From contig NC_045696.1 in NCBI RefSeq assembly GCF_009834535.1, positions 37,264,001 to 37,328,000 of the forward strand: a stretch of 64,000 nt of DNA, read 5' to 3'. The stretch's first letter is position 1; each line of letters opens with the position of its first letter. The notes beneath the pieces are model-generated. The model saw only the letters and a list, made by a program, of their open reading frames with translations. It was not told where the DNA came from and ran no database searches. Both the position numbers and the translations under genes were made by a program. Source of the DNA: Camelus ferus. Lineage: Eukaryota. Of this stretch, positions 23,352 to 37,300 are shown piece by piece.

Positions 23352-26300
23352 TCACCGATAATGCAACATAGGAACAACAACTAACACATTTTCAAACAAG
23401 GCACCACTGAGAGAATCCTGAAACACAACCGCAAGGCTTAAGCACACCACTACACCACAGAAACCAAGATAGACTGCATTAGAAGGTGGTGGAAGCAGCT
23501 ACATGTTAACCGTGTCGACCCCTCCCCCAGGCCAGCAGAGCCCCATAAGAAGTGGTCTCTCCTGAGCCTCTGGTTTCTCCAGTGAGAAAAGAGAGCACAG
23601 GGAGAACAATCAGCACCCCCAGATTTGTTGGTCATTTTGTGGGAGCCCCTACTCTGATCTTGTGGGGATTGCAAGGGAATCTTTAGGGCTTGCAACAACC
23701 AGCATAGGGGTCTCGTCAGGCTGAGTTCATGGCTGCAGCACCTAAATAATAACCCTAACCAGCAGTCTTGCTTACCTGCAGAACCAAGCTGGTGGTGCAC
23801 TCTGACCAGGGAACTCAGCAAGATGCAGATCTGCTTGATTCAGATTCTCAAATAGAGTTTTTCCAGCCCTAGAGCCTAATTTGCCCACACTCATGTAAGG
23901 AACTGAGCCACAGCTCCACCTGCTGTGGAAGATGCTTTCTGGCCACATCTGACCAAAGAAGCTGGAAGGAACATCTAAAAGCTGTGTAGCCTAGCAGCAC
24001 TCCAGCCAAGAGGTAGGTGGGTAGGACTGATTGCCCTAGAGCAAAGCCAGCACCAGGCATTGAGAGTTCCCCTGCCATGCACAGATAGGGGGATTAATTC
24101 ATAGTCAAGGCTAAGGGTAGCTCTTGGTTCCTCCCAACAGGAGGGCCTTTTGAAAAAATGAGAGTTGCTTAGAGTGGCCCACCCTTTTTTGCCCAGGTTA
24201 GGGAGCTGAGACAGAGCCCCACCTGCTGTGACTTCCAGCCCCATCTGTCCAGAAAGGCTAGTAAGAACACCTGGAAGCTACCGAGTGCTACTCAAACTAA
24301 GAGGTGGGCAGTCAGAGTCATTACTTTTCAGAGCAAAGGCAGTGGCTCAGTTCAGTCAGGAAACTTGGGGCATGGATCAGCTTAAGTTAAGATAACAAAG
24401 AAAGAGCTTTACTGCTTTAGAGCTACTGCTTCTGTGGCTGGGAAGAAAATCAAATTTTTAGCCCTATTCATTACTGAATACAGTCTTCAGTCTGTCCATC
24501 CAGGGAACTTAACCAGAGCACATGGGAAGCTACTTAGCCCATTAATAGCTCTATGTCCAGTGGCACATAAACTTTCAGAAAGTACATCCCATGGCTTCCC
24601 CTATTTGCAGAGCAAACTGATGACATCACCTGACCAAAAAATACAGTGCACACTCCAGCCTAGTTGAGTCCCCAAATAATGAGCTGTACAGACCCTGGGT
24701 CCCATTCTGCTGCACTTCTAGGGTAAGGAAGATAATCTGTTGCTGCATCAATTAGTGAATATAGTACCCAGCTTCAACTATCTAGTAAGCCTGGTCAGAG
24801 AACCCAGGCAACCACAGAGCCCATACCACAACCTTACTTGGGGTCGGGAACCAAGACAGCAGTCCTATATAACTGTTCTCAGTCAGTGGCACACTCCTTA
24901 TCCCCAACTTCAGAACTTCAACAGCTGATTTGCCTTATAAAAGACCATAATAGCAAGAACCAACTGCTTAAGGACATTACTAGCAGACACACCCAGAAAA
25001 CCAAACAGAATTGGCTGGTGCAAAATGGCCTCTGCCAAAAAAAACCCCAGTAAATTCTGGAAGAAAAGCCTGATTACTCAGGTGTGCAGATTTGAAATCA
25101 AGGATCATGAAAATCAGGTAAATAAGAACTGCCAAAAGAAATTAATAAAGCTCCAATAGCTGACCCTAAAGAAATAGAGATCTATGAACTGTCAGAGAAT
25201 CCAGAGTAATCCTCCTATGGAAGTTCCATGAGCTAGAAGAACACACAGACAACTAAGTAAGGAAATTAGAAAAACAATGCATGGACAAAACCAGAAGTTC
25301 AGTAAGGAAATAACAATCATTCAAAAAAAAAAAAAAAAAGTATACTTGATTATACACACTAAAGAATCGGCAACCTGGAGGACAGGACACTGAAAACTAC
25401 CCAGTCAAGGGAACAAAAAGAAAAAAGGAATAGAAAGAGGGAAAAGCTTATGACAATTATGTGACACAAAGGAAAAAATAATTGCATTATGCAAATCCCA
25501 GAAGGAGAAGATAAAGGGACAGAATGCATATATAAAGCAATGGCTGAAAACTTCCCAAACTTTGGGAGAGAAATAGATATCCAAATCCATGAGACCCAAA
25601 AGATAAATATGTTGAACCCAAACAGGACTACACTGAGATATATTTAAATTACCAAAAGTCAAAGAAAGAATTTTAAGAGCTGTAAGAGAAAAGAGAGAAG
25701 TTAGAAACAAGGAAACCCCCACATAAGTATCAGCAGGACTTCCCAATAGACACTTTACAGGCCTGCAGAAAATGGGATAACATATTCAAAATATTGAAAG
25801 AAAATAACTGTTAACCAAGAATTCTATACCCAGCAAAGCTGTCCTTCAGAAACTAAGGAGGGTTAAAGACTTTCCCAAACAAACAAAAACTGAAGGAATT
25901 CATTACAATCACACCTTCCTTACAAGAAAAGCTAAGGGGAGTTCTTTGAGTGGAAGTAAAAGAATGCCAATTAACATCATAAAAACATAAAAAGGTAGTG
26001 TAAATCCCACTGGAAATGGTAAATACATAGTCACTGTTAGATTTTGCAATACAGTAATAGTGGTGAAAAATTCACTTACAATTCTAGTTTCAAAGTTTAA
26101 AGAACACATAGCAAAAATAACCATAATTACAATAATCTGTTATTGTTACAAAATATTAAAAAATGTAAATTGTTAATAGCAATAATCCAAAATATAAGGG
26201 GGAGGAGAAGTGAAAGTATAAGTTTACAAATTCCAATGAAATTAGATATCAAAACACAAAGATAGAAAGCAGGAAAAGAAATAAGGAATAATTGATCTAA

Positions 26301-29300
26301 AAAAACAACCAGAAAACAACAATAGTAAGTTCTTACCTATCAAAATTTACTTTAAACAAAAACAGAATAAATTCTCTAACTAAAAGCCATTGAATGTAAG
26401 ATGTAAGAACAAGATCCCACCAATATGCTGATTACAAGAGATCACTTTAGCCTTAAAGACACATATAGACTGAGAATGAAGGGATGAAGAAATACATGTC
26501 AAGCAAATGGCAACTTAAGAAGAGCATAAGTAGCTATTCCTACATCAGGAAAAGAGACATTAAACTAAAGATAGCACAAAGAGACAAAGAAGATCATTTT
26601 ATAATGATAAAAATGTCAATACATCAAGAAGATATAATAATTGTAAATATTTATGCACTCAACATTGGAGCACCCAAATATATAAAGCAAAAACTCACAG
26701 AGCTTAAAGGAAAAATAAATAGTAATGCAATAATAGTGAAGACCCTACTCTTAATGCACAGGTCATCTAGACAGTGAATCAATGAGGAAACAAAAAACTT
26801 GAATAATGCTACAGATCTTATGGACCTAACAGACACATACAGATCATTCTTCCAACAAGAGCTGAATACATATTCTTCTCAAGAACAAATGAAACATTTT
26901 CTAAGATAGACCATAGTTTAGGTTACAAAACAAGTCAGCAAATTCAAGAAGACTGAAATCATACCAAGTACCTTCTCTGACTATAATAACATGAAATTGG
27001 ATCTGGAGAATTAATAAACACATGAAAATTAAGCAACACTGTCCTGAACAATTAACTGATCAAAGAAGAAACTAATGGGAAATAACAATTTCTTGAGACA
27101 AGTAAAAATGGAAACAGCATACTGGAATTTGGTGAGACACAGCACAAGCAGTTCTAAGAGGGAAGTTCATAGCAATAAACACCTACAGTAAGAAGCAAAA
27201 AAAAACAAAAACAAAAACAAAAACCCAAATAAACAACTTAACTCTATGCCTTAAGAACTAGAAAAGGAAGAAAAGGCCCCACAGTTAGCCAATAAAGGAA
27301 TTAATAAATAGTACAAAAATAAATGAAATAGAGAACATAAAAACAATGAAAATGATTAACCAAACTAAGAGTTGGTTCTTTGAAAGATAAACAAAATTGA
27401 CAAACTCTTAACTAGACTAACCTAAGAAAAAAGAGAAAAGACCCAAATCAACACTATAAATTAAAAAGGAGACATAACAACTTACACCACATAATTTCAA
27501 AGGATCATAAGAAGATACTATGAACAACTATACACCAACAAACTGGACTACCTAGAAAATGGAAGAATTCTTAGAAACGTAAACCTTGCAAGACTAAATC
27601 AGGATGAAATAGAAAATCTGAATAGACTAATTACTAGTACAGAGATTGAATCAGTAATTAAAAATTCTCTCAATAAAGAGAATACTACAACCAGATGGCT
27701 TCACTGGTGTGTTTTATCCAACATTAAAGGCGAATTAATGCCAATATTCTTCAAACTCTTCAAAAAAATTGAAGAGGAGGAACACTTCTAAACTCATTTT
27801 ATGAGGCCAACATTGTCCTGATACCAAAATCAGAAGAGACTATGAATAGAAAAATAAAGCAATATCCCTGATGAGTATAAATGTAAACATTCTCAATAAA
27901 ATGCTAGCAAACCAAATTCAGCAGCACATTAAAAATTTCATTCTCCGTGATCAAATGGAATTTATCATTTGAATGCAAGGATGGTTCAGCATAAAGCAAT
28001 CAATGTGATAATTACATTAATAGGATGAAAGAATCACATGATCACTTCATACATGCAGAAAAAGCATTTTCAAAATTCAGAATCCATTCATGATGAAAGA
28101 CACCTCATAAACTAGGTATAGAAGGGACATATATCAACATAATAAAGGCTATATATGACAGACCCATAGCTGCCATCATACTCAGTGATGAAGTTAGAAT
28201 ACTTTTCTTCTGTGATCAGGAATAAGACAAGAGTGCCCACTCTCACCACTCCCATTCTACTTAGTACTATAAGTCCTAGCTAGAGCAATCAGGTAATAAG
28301 AAGTTAAATGTATCAGAACTGGAAAAGAAGAAGTAAAATTGTTTCTATTTGCAGATGACATGATTTCCCATGAGAAAATTCTGAAGACTTAACTAAAAAA
28401 CTTAGATCTAATTAATATATTCAATAAATTTGCAGGATGCAAAAATAACATACAAAAATCAGTAGTGTTTCTATACACTAACAGCAAGTTTTCTGGAAAA
28501 GAAATAAAGAAATTGATCTCATTTACAATAGCATCAAAAATAATAAAATACTTAGGAATAAATTTACCTTAGGAGGCAAAATGCCCTATCTGAAAGCAAA
28601 ATATGGATAAAAGAAATCAAAGGAGACTCAAATGAAAGGTATCTCATGTTCATGGATTGGAAGGATTAATAGTGTTAAAATATCAATACTACTAAAAGCC
28701 ATCTGTAGATTCAATGCAATCCCTGTCAAGATTCTAATGGCATTTTTAATAGAAGTTGGAAAAAATCACTCGTACAATTCATACGGAACCACAAAAGACC
28801 CTGAGTAGCTAAAGAAATCCTGAGAAGAAGAAAGCAAGAGGCAATACATTTCCTAATTTCAGGCTATACTATAAAGCTATAGTCATCCAAACAGTATGTA
28901 CTGGCATTAAAAACAAACAAACCAATGGAACAGAACTGAGAACCCAGAAATAAACCCAAGCATATATAGTCAACTAACGTTTACAGTGGAGCCAAGAATA
29001 CTCAGTGAATACTCTTTCACACAAATGGTGCTGGGATAATTGTATATGAATGTATAATATGTGAAAGAATGAAACTGGACCAAGATCTTACACCATGCAC
29101 ACAAATTAACTCAACATGAAGTCTTAAGTGTAAGACCTGAAACCATGAAACACCTAAAAAAATTATGAATAAAGCTCTTTGACATGGATCCTGGTAATGG
29201 TTTTTTTGGATATGACACCTAAAATACACGCAACAAAAGCAAAACTAAATGGGACTACATTAAACTAAAAAGCTTTTGTACAGTAACAGAAACTCTCAAC

Positions 29301-30424
29301 AAAACAAAAGGCTTCCTACTGAAGAGGAAAATATATTTGAAAATAATGTATCTGATAAGGGATTAATATCTAAAATATGTAAAGAACTCATACAACTAAA
29401 TAGCAAAAAACCAAATAACCCAATTTAAAAATGTTCAAAGAACTTGAAAAGACATTTCTCCAAAGAATATATACAAAAGTCCAATAGGTACATGAAAAGG
29501 TGCTTGCTATCCCTAGTCATTAGGGAATTGAAAATTAAAACCCCGATGAGATATCACCTCACACCTGTTGGAGTGGCCACGATTAAAATAATGGCAACAA
29601 ATAGGGACATGGATGCGGAGAAAGGTGAACCCTCATGCAGCACTGGTGGGAATGTAAACTGGTACAGCCACTAAGAAAAAAAGTATGGAAGATACTCAAA
29701 AAACAAAAAATAGAACTACCACATGATCCAGCAATTCTACTTTTGAGAATATATCTAAAAGGAATAAAAACATTAACTTGAAAAGATATTTCTACCCTCA
29801 TGTTCATATCAGTGTTATTTATAATAGCCAAGACATGGAAACAACCTAAGTGTCCGTTAATGAATGAATGGCTAAAGAAGTTGTGGTGTGTGTGTGTGTG
29901 TTGTAATATTATGCAGCCATAAAAATGAGGAAATGTTACAGTTGTGATAGCAAAATGTCTTCAAGATCCATCCATGTTAAATGACATTAGAGAAAGAGAA
30001 ATACTGTATAAACACCATTATATGTGAAGTCTAAAAGGAACAAACTTACTAGAAAGAGATCAAACCTGTGGTTACCAGAGGTGCAGGGTGGGGGGAGGGA
30101 GAATGGGAGGAAGGCAGTCATAAGGTACAAATAACCAGTTATAGAGTAAGTATTAATGATATAGAGTAAAACATGAAGACTATAGCTAAGACTGCTATAT
30201 GATATATAGGAAATTTGTTAAGAGAGTAAATCCTAAAAGTTCTCATCATCACAAAAAGAAAATTCTTATTTTCCATTTTTTTATTGACCTATATGAAAAG
30301 ACTAATTTTAGCTGAACCTACTGTGGTAATCACTTCACAATATATGTAAATCAAACCATCATGCCATATGCCTTAAACTTATAGTTACATACGTCAATTA
30401 TTTCTCAGTAAAACTAGAGAAAAA
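23352..30424 (+). mobile_element. Full-length (~7.1 kb) decayed LINE-1 (L1MA9-like / laurasiatherian)
   Basis: 5' UTR ~23352-25080; ORF1 ~25100-25980 (AENFPN, RILYPAKLSF); ORF2 ~26330-29990 (IHQEDIIIVNIYALNIGAPKYIKQ, FADDM at 28348-28362, MRYHLTPV); 3' UTR; candidate TSD GAATACACA at 23343-23351 and 30425-30433. Confidence 0.93.
30086..30107 (+). other. G-quadruplex motif in L1 3' UTR
   Basis: GGGTGGGGGGAGGGAGAATGGG, four G-runs. Confidence 0.6.
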
Positions 30425-30439
30425 GAATACACAAAGTCA

Positions 30440-31920
30440 TTTTAATATTATTAATTCAAACCCTGTAAGAAACTTATACATATATATTAACTAGATAACT
30501 GGGTTTGTGCTTAGCTCTTTTTTTGTCTTTAGAGTTACAATGTAAAGTCAAAATATTTTTCAAAGTTACTTAGATTATTTTCTTCTGCACCTTAATCATG
30601 TTTTTATTGATTCATTTGTAATAACGTTTGATTAATTTTTCATAGCAAGAGTGAAGACCATCCACTGCCCCACACAAATTCGTGTTGATTTTTTACATTA
30701 CTATATATTAAATATTATTCTGTGTAGGGTGGAGTTCTATGAGTTTTGACAAAGACATGGAGAAGAAATGGTTTAAACCACCATGGTCATCATAAAAACT
30801 GCCCCATTATCCCTAAATGCTCCTGGAGAAAACCCTTTTGACCAACAGCACTCTCAAGAAATTATAAGATATATTCCATCCCTATATTTTCACCTTTTCC
30901 ATATGTCATATCAGTGGAACCATACAGCGTATACACTTTTGGATTTGGCTACTTTTACTCAGTAAAATGCATTTAAGATGCACACATATGTTGTTTTGTG
31001 AAATAGTAGCATGTTTAATTGTATTGCTGAGAAGCATTCCATTGTGCATATCTTGGTTTATCAGTTTACCAGTTGATGGAGAGCTGGGCTGTTTGCAGTT
31101 TTGGGTGATTATCAATAAATTCCACTATAAATGTTTATGTAAAGATTTCCATGTCAATATGTTTTTCTTTATCTTGAGTAAATAATATGTTTGAGGGTGA
31201 TGACTAAGTTATATGGTATCTGTACGTTTTTTAAATTAAAAAAAAAAAAAAAAGCCTGTTAGGAGTTGAATTGTATTCCTGAAAAAGTACATGTTGAAGC
31301 CTTAACCCCTAGTACCTCAGAATGTAACCTTATTTGGAATTAGGGTCATTACAGACGTAATCAAGTTAAATGAGATTAGTAGAATAGGCCCTAATCTAAT
31401 GAATGGTGTCATTATAAAAAGTGGAAATTTGAATAGCGACACACAGGGAGAAAGCCATGTGAAACGAAGGCAGAGACTGGAGTGATGACTCCATAACCCA
31501 AGTAATGCCATGGAGTGTGCGCAATTCCCTGAAGCTAGGAGAGAGGCATGGAACAAGTCCTCTCTCTCAGAGCCCTCAGGAGGAACCAGCCCTACCCTTG
31601 ATTTCAGAACTGCAAGAATAAGTTTCTGTTGTTTTGAATGACCAAGTGTGTAGTATTTTCTTATAGCAGGTCTGGGAAATTAATGTTCTGTCAAACTGTT
31701 TTCCCAAGAAGCTATAACAATTTTATCACACTAGAAATACATGCCCATGTCAGTTACTCTCCATCTTCAACAGCACTTGCTATTGCCTTTGTTTTATTCA
31801 TTCTGTTAGGTATGTAGAAGTATCTCATAATGATTTTAGTTTGAATTTACCAAATGATTGATTATCTTTTCATATGGTTATTTGCCAGCAGCACACTTTT
31901 GAAATATCTGATTTTTTTGC
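30440..31920 (-). mobile_element. Ancient LINE-1 3' region (L1MC-type), split by MLT1
   Basis: GTAGGGTGGAGTTCTATGAGTTTTGACAAA and GTTGATGGAGAGCTGGGCTGTTTGCAGTTTTGG; resumes at ~31688 with CTGTCAAACTGTTTTCC. Confidence 0.75.
31257..31686 (+). mobile_element. MLT1B/C solo LTR (ERVL-MaLR)
   Basis: TGTTAGGAGTTGAATTGT..CCCTAGTACCTCAGAATGTAACCTTATTTGGAATTAGGGTC..GAAGCTAGGAGAGAGGCATGGAACA..GGAAATTAAT. Confidence 0.92.
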
Positions 31921-33703
31921 ACAAGTTTATAGAATTTAAAAAGAAACAGTTTTAGGATTTTTTTTGAGCATGTAAGAAAGATTGAATAAATAGGTAGTTA
32001 TGGTAGGCTTTAGGCAAATTTAGGGTTAGGAAAAATGCCTCTTATAATAACTGCGAGCATGTGTCTTGGACAGATAAGAATAGATGGAACTAAATTGACA
32101 TTGTGCTGCTCACTAAAGTGATTCATTATCTATATACTGTTGTTTGGCACCTCAGGTCTGATCTGAGAAGGGCTGCTTTCCAATGGGTGTGATCCAGAAT
32201 ACTGATATCATGGCAGAAGAGATTTGGGAAGAAAAATTAAATTTCTTGAAGTATTTACAAAAATATGTTTTATGGAAGAATGTTTTGGGTAGAAATACAT
32301 CTTGAGCCAGCTCTAAAGTAGGAGGATATAGACCTTAGGGGGAATGACAGCAGCAAGAACTGAGAATCAAATACCAGATTAACTCTCTGAGTTTTACCAC
32401 ATAAACATAAATGAATCTCTGGATTACTCAGAATTCAGGCAAACATCTGGCTATAAAGACTCTCCCTGTTTTCCTAGTTCAGGGTATATCATACTATTTA
32501 TTGGGTACACAGGTACCCCTTACTACATGAATTTGCAGCAGTAAATCTCAGATCTTTATTTCAATACATATTCAGTTAAGGGGAAGCACATTATTTTAAT
32601 ATGCGTACCACAAAGAAGCTTAGATTTTGAAGGCCCATTAAAAACATTAAAAACTAATGCATCTGGGTTTTTGAAATAAGAGTTAATTTGCTTTCTTTTG
32701 AGTCTTTTATTTAACTTCTATTTTTCTTTCTGGATTATCCCACAAAGTTATTGTGAATATGTAGTGTCATCCTCTCTCATCCACTCATGAGTATAGAATT
32801 TCCCAGAGATATTTTGAATTTATCTCCAAGTTGGTCTATCAGATAATTTCCCATTCTATTCTTTCTTTTATTTACAGTTTGTCTCATTTCATCTCTTCTG
32901 AATGTTTTATTTGCATCTAGAAGAAAAAACAATGCTGAAACAAACAATAATTGAGTGTCCATTTACTTTTTCCTGACTGTAATGCTCAACTTAAAGGAAG
33001 ATGGGAGTGGAGGCAAACCAAAATAGACATATGTTGGCAGTGGCTACATTTTAAGTCTGCCCCCAAATTACTTTTTTATACAATGACCCACTCTGACTAC
33101 AAAAATGTCTGTACCAAACTTGGTGTACAAAATTATTATGAATTCTAGAAAGCAAAATAAAATATAACAACTTGAATGTAATACATTTTAAATGCAGTTT
33201 CTTTGTTCAGTTTTTTGAACTGTAGGTTTTTGTTTCAAATATACAGTTTTATATGATATATAAAATAAACATGCCATATATGATATTTAATATGTATGTC
33301 AAGATAATTTTTGCCATAAGCTCATTGTTAAATGTATGGAGTTTATTTTGCCTTGAAATTTTGTCTTCCATCTGGCATACCTGTGCACTACAACAGGGAG
33401 GTGATAAGGAAACTGTATGAATGCCCTGATAACACTGTAAATTATTTTGAGGTTCATGAGAGCATGAAATTTAGTCATGGCCTGTTCTTCTTTTCCTTCA
33501 CATTACAAGAATGAAAGCTCAACAAGAATGTGTGGCTTTCTTTTATAAATTTGAAATCCACTTGGTATTTAGAGAGACTGCTGATTATTTTTGGGTAGGG
33601 AGAGTGATTGTCTGAAATCTATTTAAATTTATTTAATGTTCCAAGAGAAGAAACTAAATCAGACAGAACATATAATCCAAACAGTACTTTAGGCATAACA
33701 TAA

Positions 33704-33705
<2 letters not shown>

Positions 33706-33740
<35 letters not shown>
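33706..33740. repeat. (AC)n microsatellite, ~17 units
   Basis: Read directly. Confidence 0.97.
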
Positions 33741-33743
<3 letters not shown>

Positions 33744-33929
33744 GCTCAGCTGCTTCTTTTAAACCTATTCTCACTGATGAACTTTTTTTTTTTTTTTTAC
33801 TTTGCACTGGATATTTACAGACTATTTTTAAATAAGATGTCAACATGTCTCGCATTCAAGTTTCTTTCTTTCACAATATTGTGAATTACTTTTAATTGTA
33901 AAATATTTGCTGGTAAAGAGATGAATAAA

Positions 33930-34102
33930 TAGCATGCAACAGTTTAAGAGAATGGCCTTTATGGTCAAGAGATATCTAAACTGGTACTCCAACATCAGAC
34001 TCCACAACATGGTCTGAGATTGAGAAAGTTAGTATCTCTCATCAATTAAGTATATGGATGATACTACCTCTGTCTCAGAGTTGGCATGAGGGTTAAGTGA
34101 GT
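33930..34102 (+). mobile_element. MIR SINE remnant
   Basis: AGTTTAAGAGAATGGCCTT..GGATGATACTACCTC..CAGAGTTGGCATGAGGGTTAAGTGAG resembles the MIR core. Confidence 0.5.
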
Positions 34103-34889
34103 TTTTATTATTTCCAAAACCTTTATTGTTCTGATCACCGTCTTCCAGAAACTCAGTGCTTCTAATTGATCATAATGCTTGAGTAATGGGTGATTAATGA
34201 AAATCATTAATACACACTTGTTTTTGCAATTAAGATTCTGTGTTGATGTATCTTAGGATACGCTAAACATTCTAACAGCTGTCCAAAATTCTTAGCTTGT
34301 TCAGTTTAGAGTAAATTAAACTTCAAATATGAGTGAAATGCATGCTTCAGGTATTGTATTTTTTCTTCCCAACAACAGTTATTTGTTAAAATTGCAGTTA
34401 TATAAATTGCTATGGTGAACAATTTTGTGCTCTAAATTTATTCAGATAAAGCGTAAACATATCAAAATGCACAAACTGCTGTCACTTTAACGTGATTTGT
34501 TTACTACAGTTTTTCATGTACATGTAAGCATAATTGGAGATATATCTGTATTTCTCATGAACAGTAAACTGTTATCAAAATAAAAAGATAGGTAAGTAGA
34601 TAGGTTTTAACTTGATAGTGTGTAAGACCTTCTATAACCTATGAGATTGGGCTTATCTGTTAAAAATCGCTAACACCTTTCAAACATAATTGGGAATTTG
34701 TTAGTGTAAGACCATGGTAGGAAGAAAAAATGGCAAAAGTTACAGCAAAAGTAAATATATATATATAAATATATATAATTTCAGTTCTGATATTTTAAAT
34801 TTTTCCACAACATTAAAAGAGAACAAAGTAACAGGGTAATATGACCAGGGAAATATTACTGTATTCAGATTATTGTAGATGATTCCACC

Positions 34890-35030
34890 AGGACAGCCTA
34901 CATGTTTGTCTGATTCACTGTTGTATAACTGTGCCTAACAGACTTTGGCAGATCATAAATGCTCAGGAAATATTTAAGGAGAAAATAAATAAAATAAAAA
35001 TAAATGATGGATGAATAAATAATGAATGAA
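34890..35030 (+). mobile_element. L2 3' end remnant
   Basis: TGATTCACTGTTGTAT..GTGCCTAACAGACTTTGGCA..GCTCAGGAAATATTT..(TGAA)-like tail. Confidence 0.55.
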
Positions 35031-35610
35031 GAGGTCCACCTATTTTGTGAAAACTTGTATCTTAATAAGTATTATGTATCACTGAAAAAGACCCTAAATT
35101 AAAAAGGGCAAATATTTATTGAGTACTTGATACATGTAACACATATCAAGTGTTAAAAGAAAGAAATAAGAGTAGAGAAGACACAGTACCTGCCTTTAAA
35201 TTTCTTACCACCTTAAAAGAAGCACATGGCTACTACATGAAAATAATACAAAGCCAAATGTAAATGCAATAACAGAAATGCTGGAGAAATTGGAATCAGC
35301 TTCACTCTAAGATAAAATGTTTTAAAACTGAAATGTAAAATATATATTAAAATCTGAAGATATTAGGTATTTATTCATATAAGTTCTGACAATTGTATAA
35401 CCTATATACTCATCATTCAAAATAAGATATGGGATAGTTCCTCCACCTAAGTTAGTTCATTCTTGCCCAATCCATGCCCTACAGATAATCACTCCATTTC
35501 TGTCACATCAACTTTTGCCAGGTCATGGACTTCCTAAAAATAAAACCATAAAGTAGTACCTTTTGTGTCTGGCTTCTTTTTACAATATGTTTTTGAGATA
35601 AAATCTTTAA

Positions 35611-36404
35611 TGTTGTAAAAAAAATTGTGCTTAAAAGTTCTGAAATATTTAGAAAACAAAATAGGAAGTGCTCCCTTCCCCCAACAAATAGAAAGTAGAT
35701 GTCCTCTTTTCCACCTTTGTATGGTCAAAGACTAAATGAAAAAATAAGAAGCTTAATTCTTCCTGTTGAAAATAAGGGATGAAACTACCTTTTCTTAGAG
35801 CTTTTACGTTAGAAAACTTGTAGTAGTAAGTTCTTATCTGTTTCTTTGAAATATATGCAAATCTTTTGAAAGCCAAATAAGCCTCTCTTCAGCTTTATGA
35901 CCCAGGAATGTCTCTCTCTCTCATGGACCTGGGAGCCATCCCTTTGAAATGTACTCACCAAGGACGACATGGCCCCTATCTCCCAGTTTCTAGGGAGGGT
36001 GGGACCCTAACTTTTGCGGATACCTTGCTCCAAGTTACAAAACTACCTGCACTAATAAAGATAAAGTTTACTTTTCCTTTGGATAAAGCCAGATACCACA
36101 GATGGTCACCCCAACTATAAGGTGGATTTAAGATAAACTACATGTAGTAAATAGTGCTGCCAAGTCCTCTTACTTGAAAACTAGTTATTGTTTATCTTGA
36201 GAACATGTATGTAATGGGTTATATCTGCCTAGCTACACAAAAGAGTGAGATATCTTTGTCTTTGGAGTCTCTTAGAATTGCCTATGATGCACATCACATT
36301 CTGGCTAAGTGCTTATTCAATAATGAACATGTTTTCTTTCCCTTGTATGTCAGAAGTTTCCTGGGTTAAGAGGAGACTTTGTTTTTAATTATACTTCCCT
36401 AACA
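35611..36404 (+). mobile_element. ERV1-class LTR (MER67/MER31-like), probable 5' LTR
   Basis: TG..CA ends; ACCCAGGAATGTCT..GGACCTGGGAGCCATCCCTTTGAAATGTA..GGCCCCTATCTCCCAGT; ends GTTTTTAATTATACTTCCCTAACA. Left boundary approximate. Confidence 0.65.
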
Positions 36405-37300
36405 ATTATAGTAACAGAGGTGGCTGTCTGGCAGTCCTTGAACTAAACGAACCAGCTAAAGCTCTGTGGCCACACAACAGTCAGGTAAAAGATCCTGAAA
36501 TATATTTTTAAAAGTCCCTTCTAGCTCTCTGATCCTTTTGGAATACTAGCAGGGTGAACCACCTCCAAATTCAAGATTTTACTCTTGAGTAAGCATGGGC
36601 AATATAGGTTCTAAAAATTCCACCAAGATCATTACATGGTTGGAAAATATGAAAAACCAGACATGTTGCCCATAGGTCTTTCTCTTAAATAGCTAATGTC
36701 TTTCTGTCGTATTTTGAATGGATATATTAGAATCTGGGCTTCCAGTAGCCTAAGTTCAGTTTGAATTAATTAATATATTTGCTGGAGTGTTTGATCTCAT
36801 CCCAAGTAAATTAGTTACTGATATTTAAGGGATATCATTCTAAGAAGAAAAGTAAAAATTACTTTGATAACCAGAAGAAACTCTTGAAAAAACAGAAGAG
36901 TAAATGTGAGAATTGCAGGCACCCACCCTTTCTCAGAACTCTCCTCCTTTCTCTGTCCCTGCTCCCTGTACATCCCCTGTATCCTTGAAGAAGGTGATGG
37001 TCTTTTAGGCACGTAGTTCCCCCTCTTTAGTGGATTTTGGGGGTGAGAGCACGATTTATTTACCTGGTGATGAACCACTGCTCTGTTTCATGACAAAGGT
37101 TTCTGTATTTTATGGCCCAGACTTGAGTCTATTTCATGTCTTAGCCCAGCTCCCTCCTCCAGGAGTCTCTCATCATCCATATCCCATGTAGATAGGAAAA
37201 CAGACTTGATAGAGACCTGATCAGGGAATAATTGACTTAGTGAAAGCCTGTGCCCCTGTATGAAGGTAATAGGATGGAAGTAGCTGCACTGGTCACCTGA
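36405..37300 (+). pseudogene. Probable ERV1 leader and gag remnant
   Basis: Follows the LTR; ATG at 36595 gives MGNIGSKNST (MGxxxS); NLGFQ*PKFSLN*LIYL at 36731; C-rich (Pro-coding) stretch ~36920-36985. Confidence 0.45.

Noticed and set aside
23450..25053. Cluster of GC-richer ORFs suggesting exons
   Set aside because: They lie in an L1 5' UTR; higher GC lowers stop frequency; no recognisable protein.
32183..32305. Short ORF MGVIQNTDIMAEEIWEEK..
   Set aside because: Only 40 aa, no recognisable homology or splice support.
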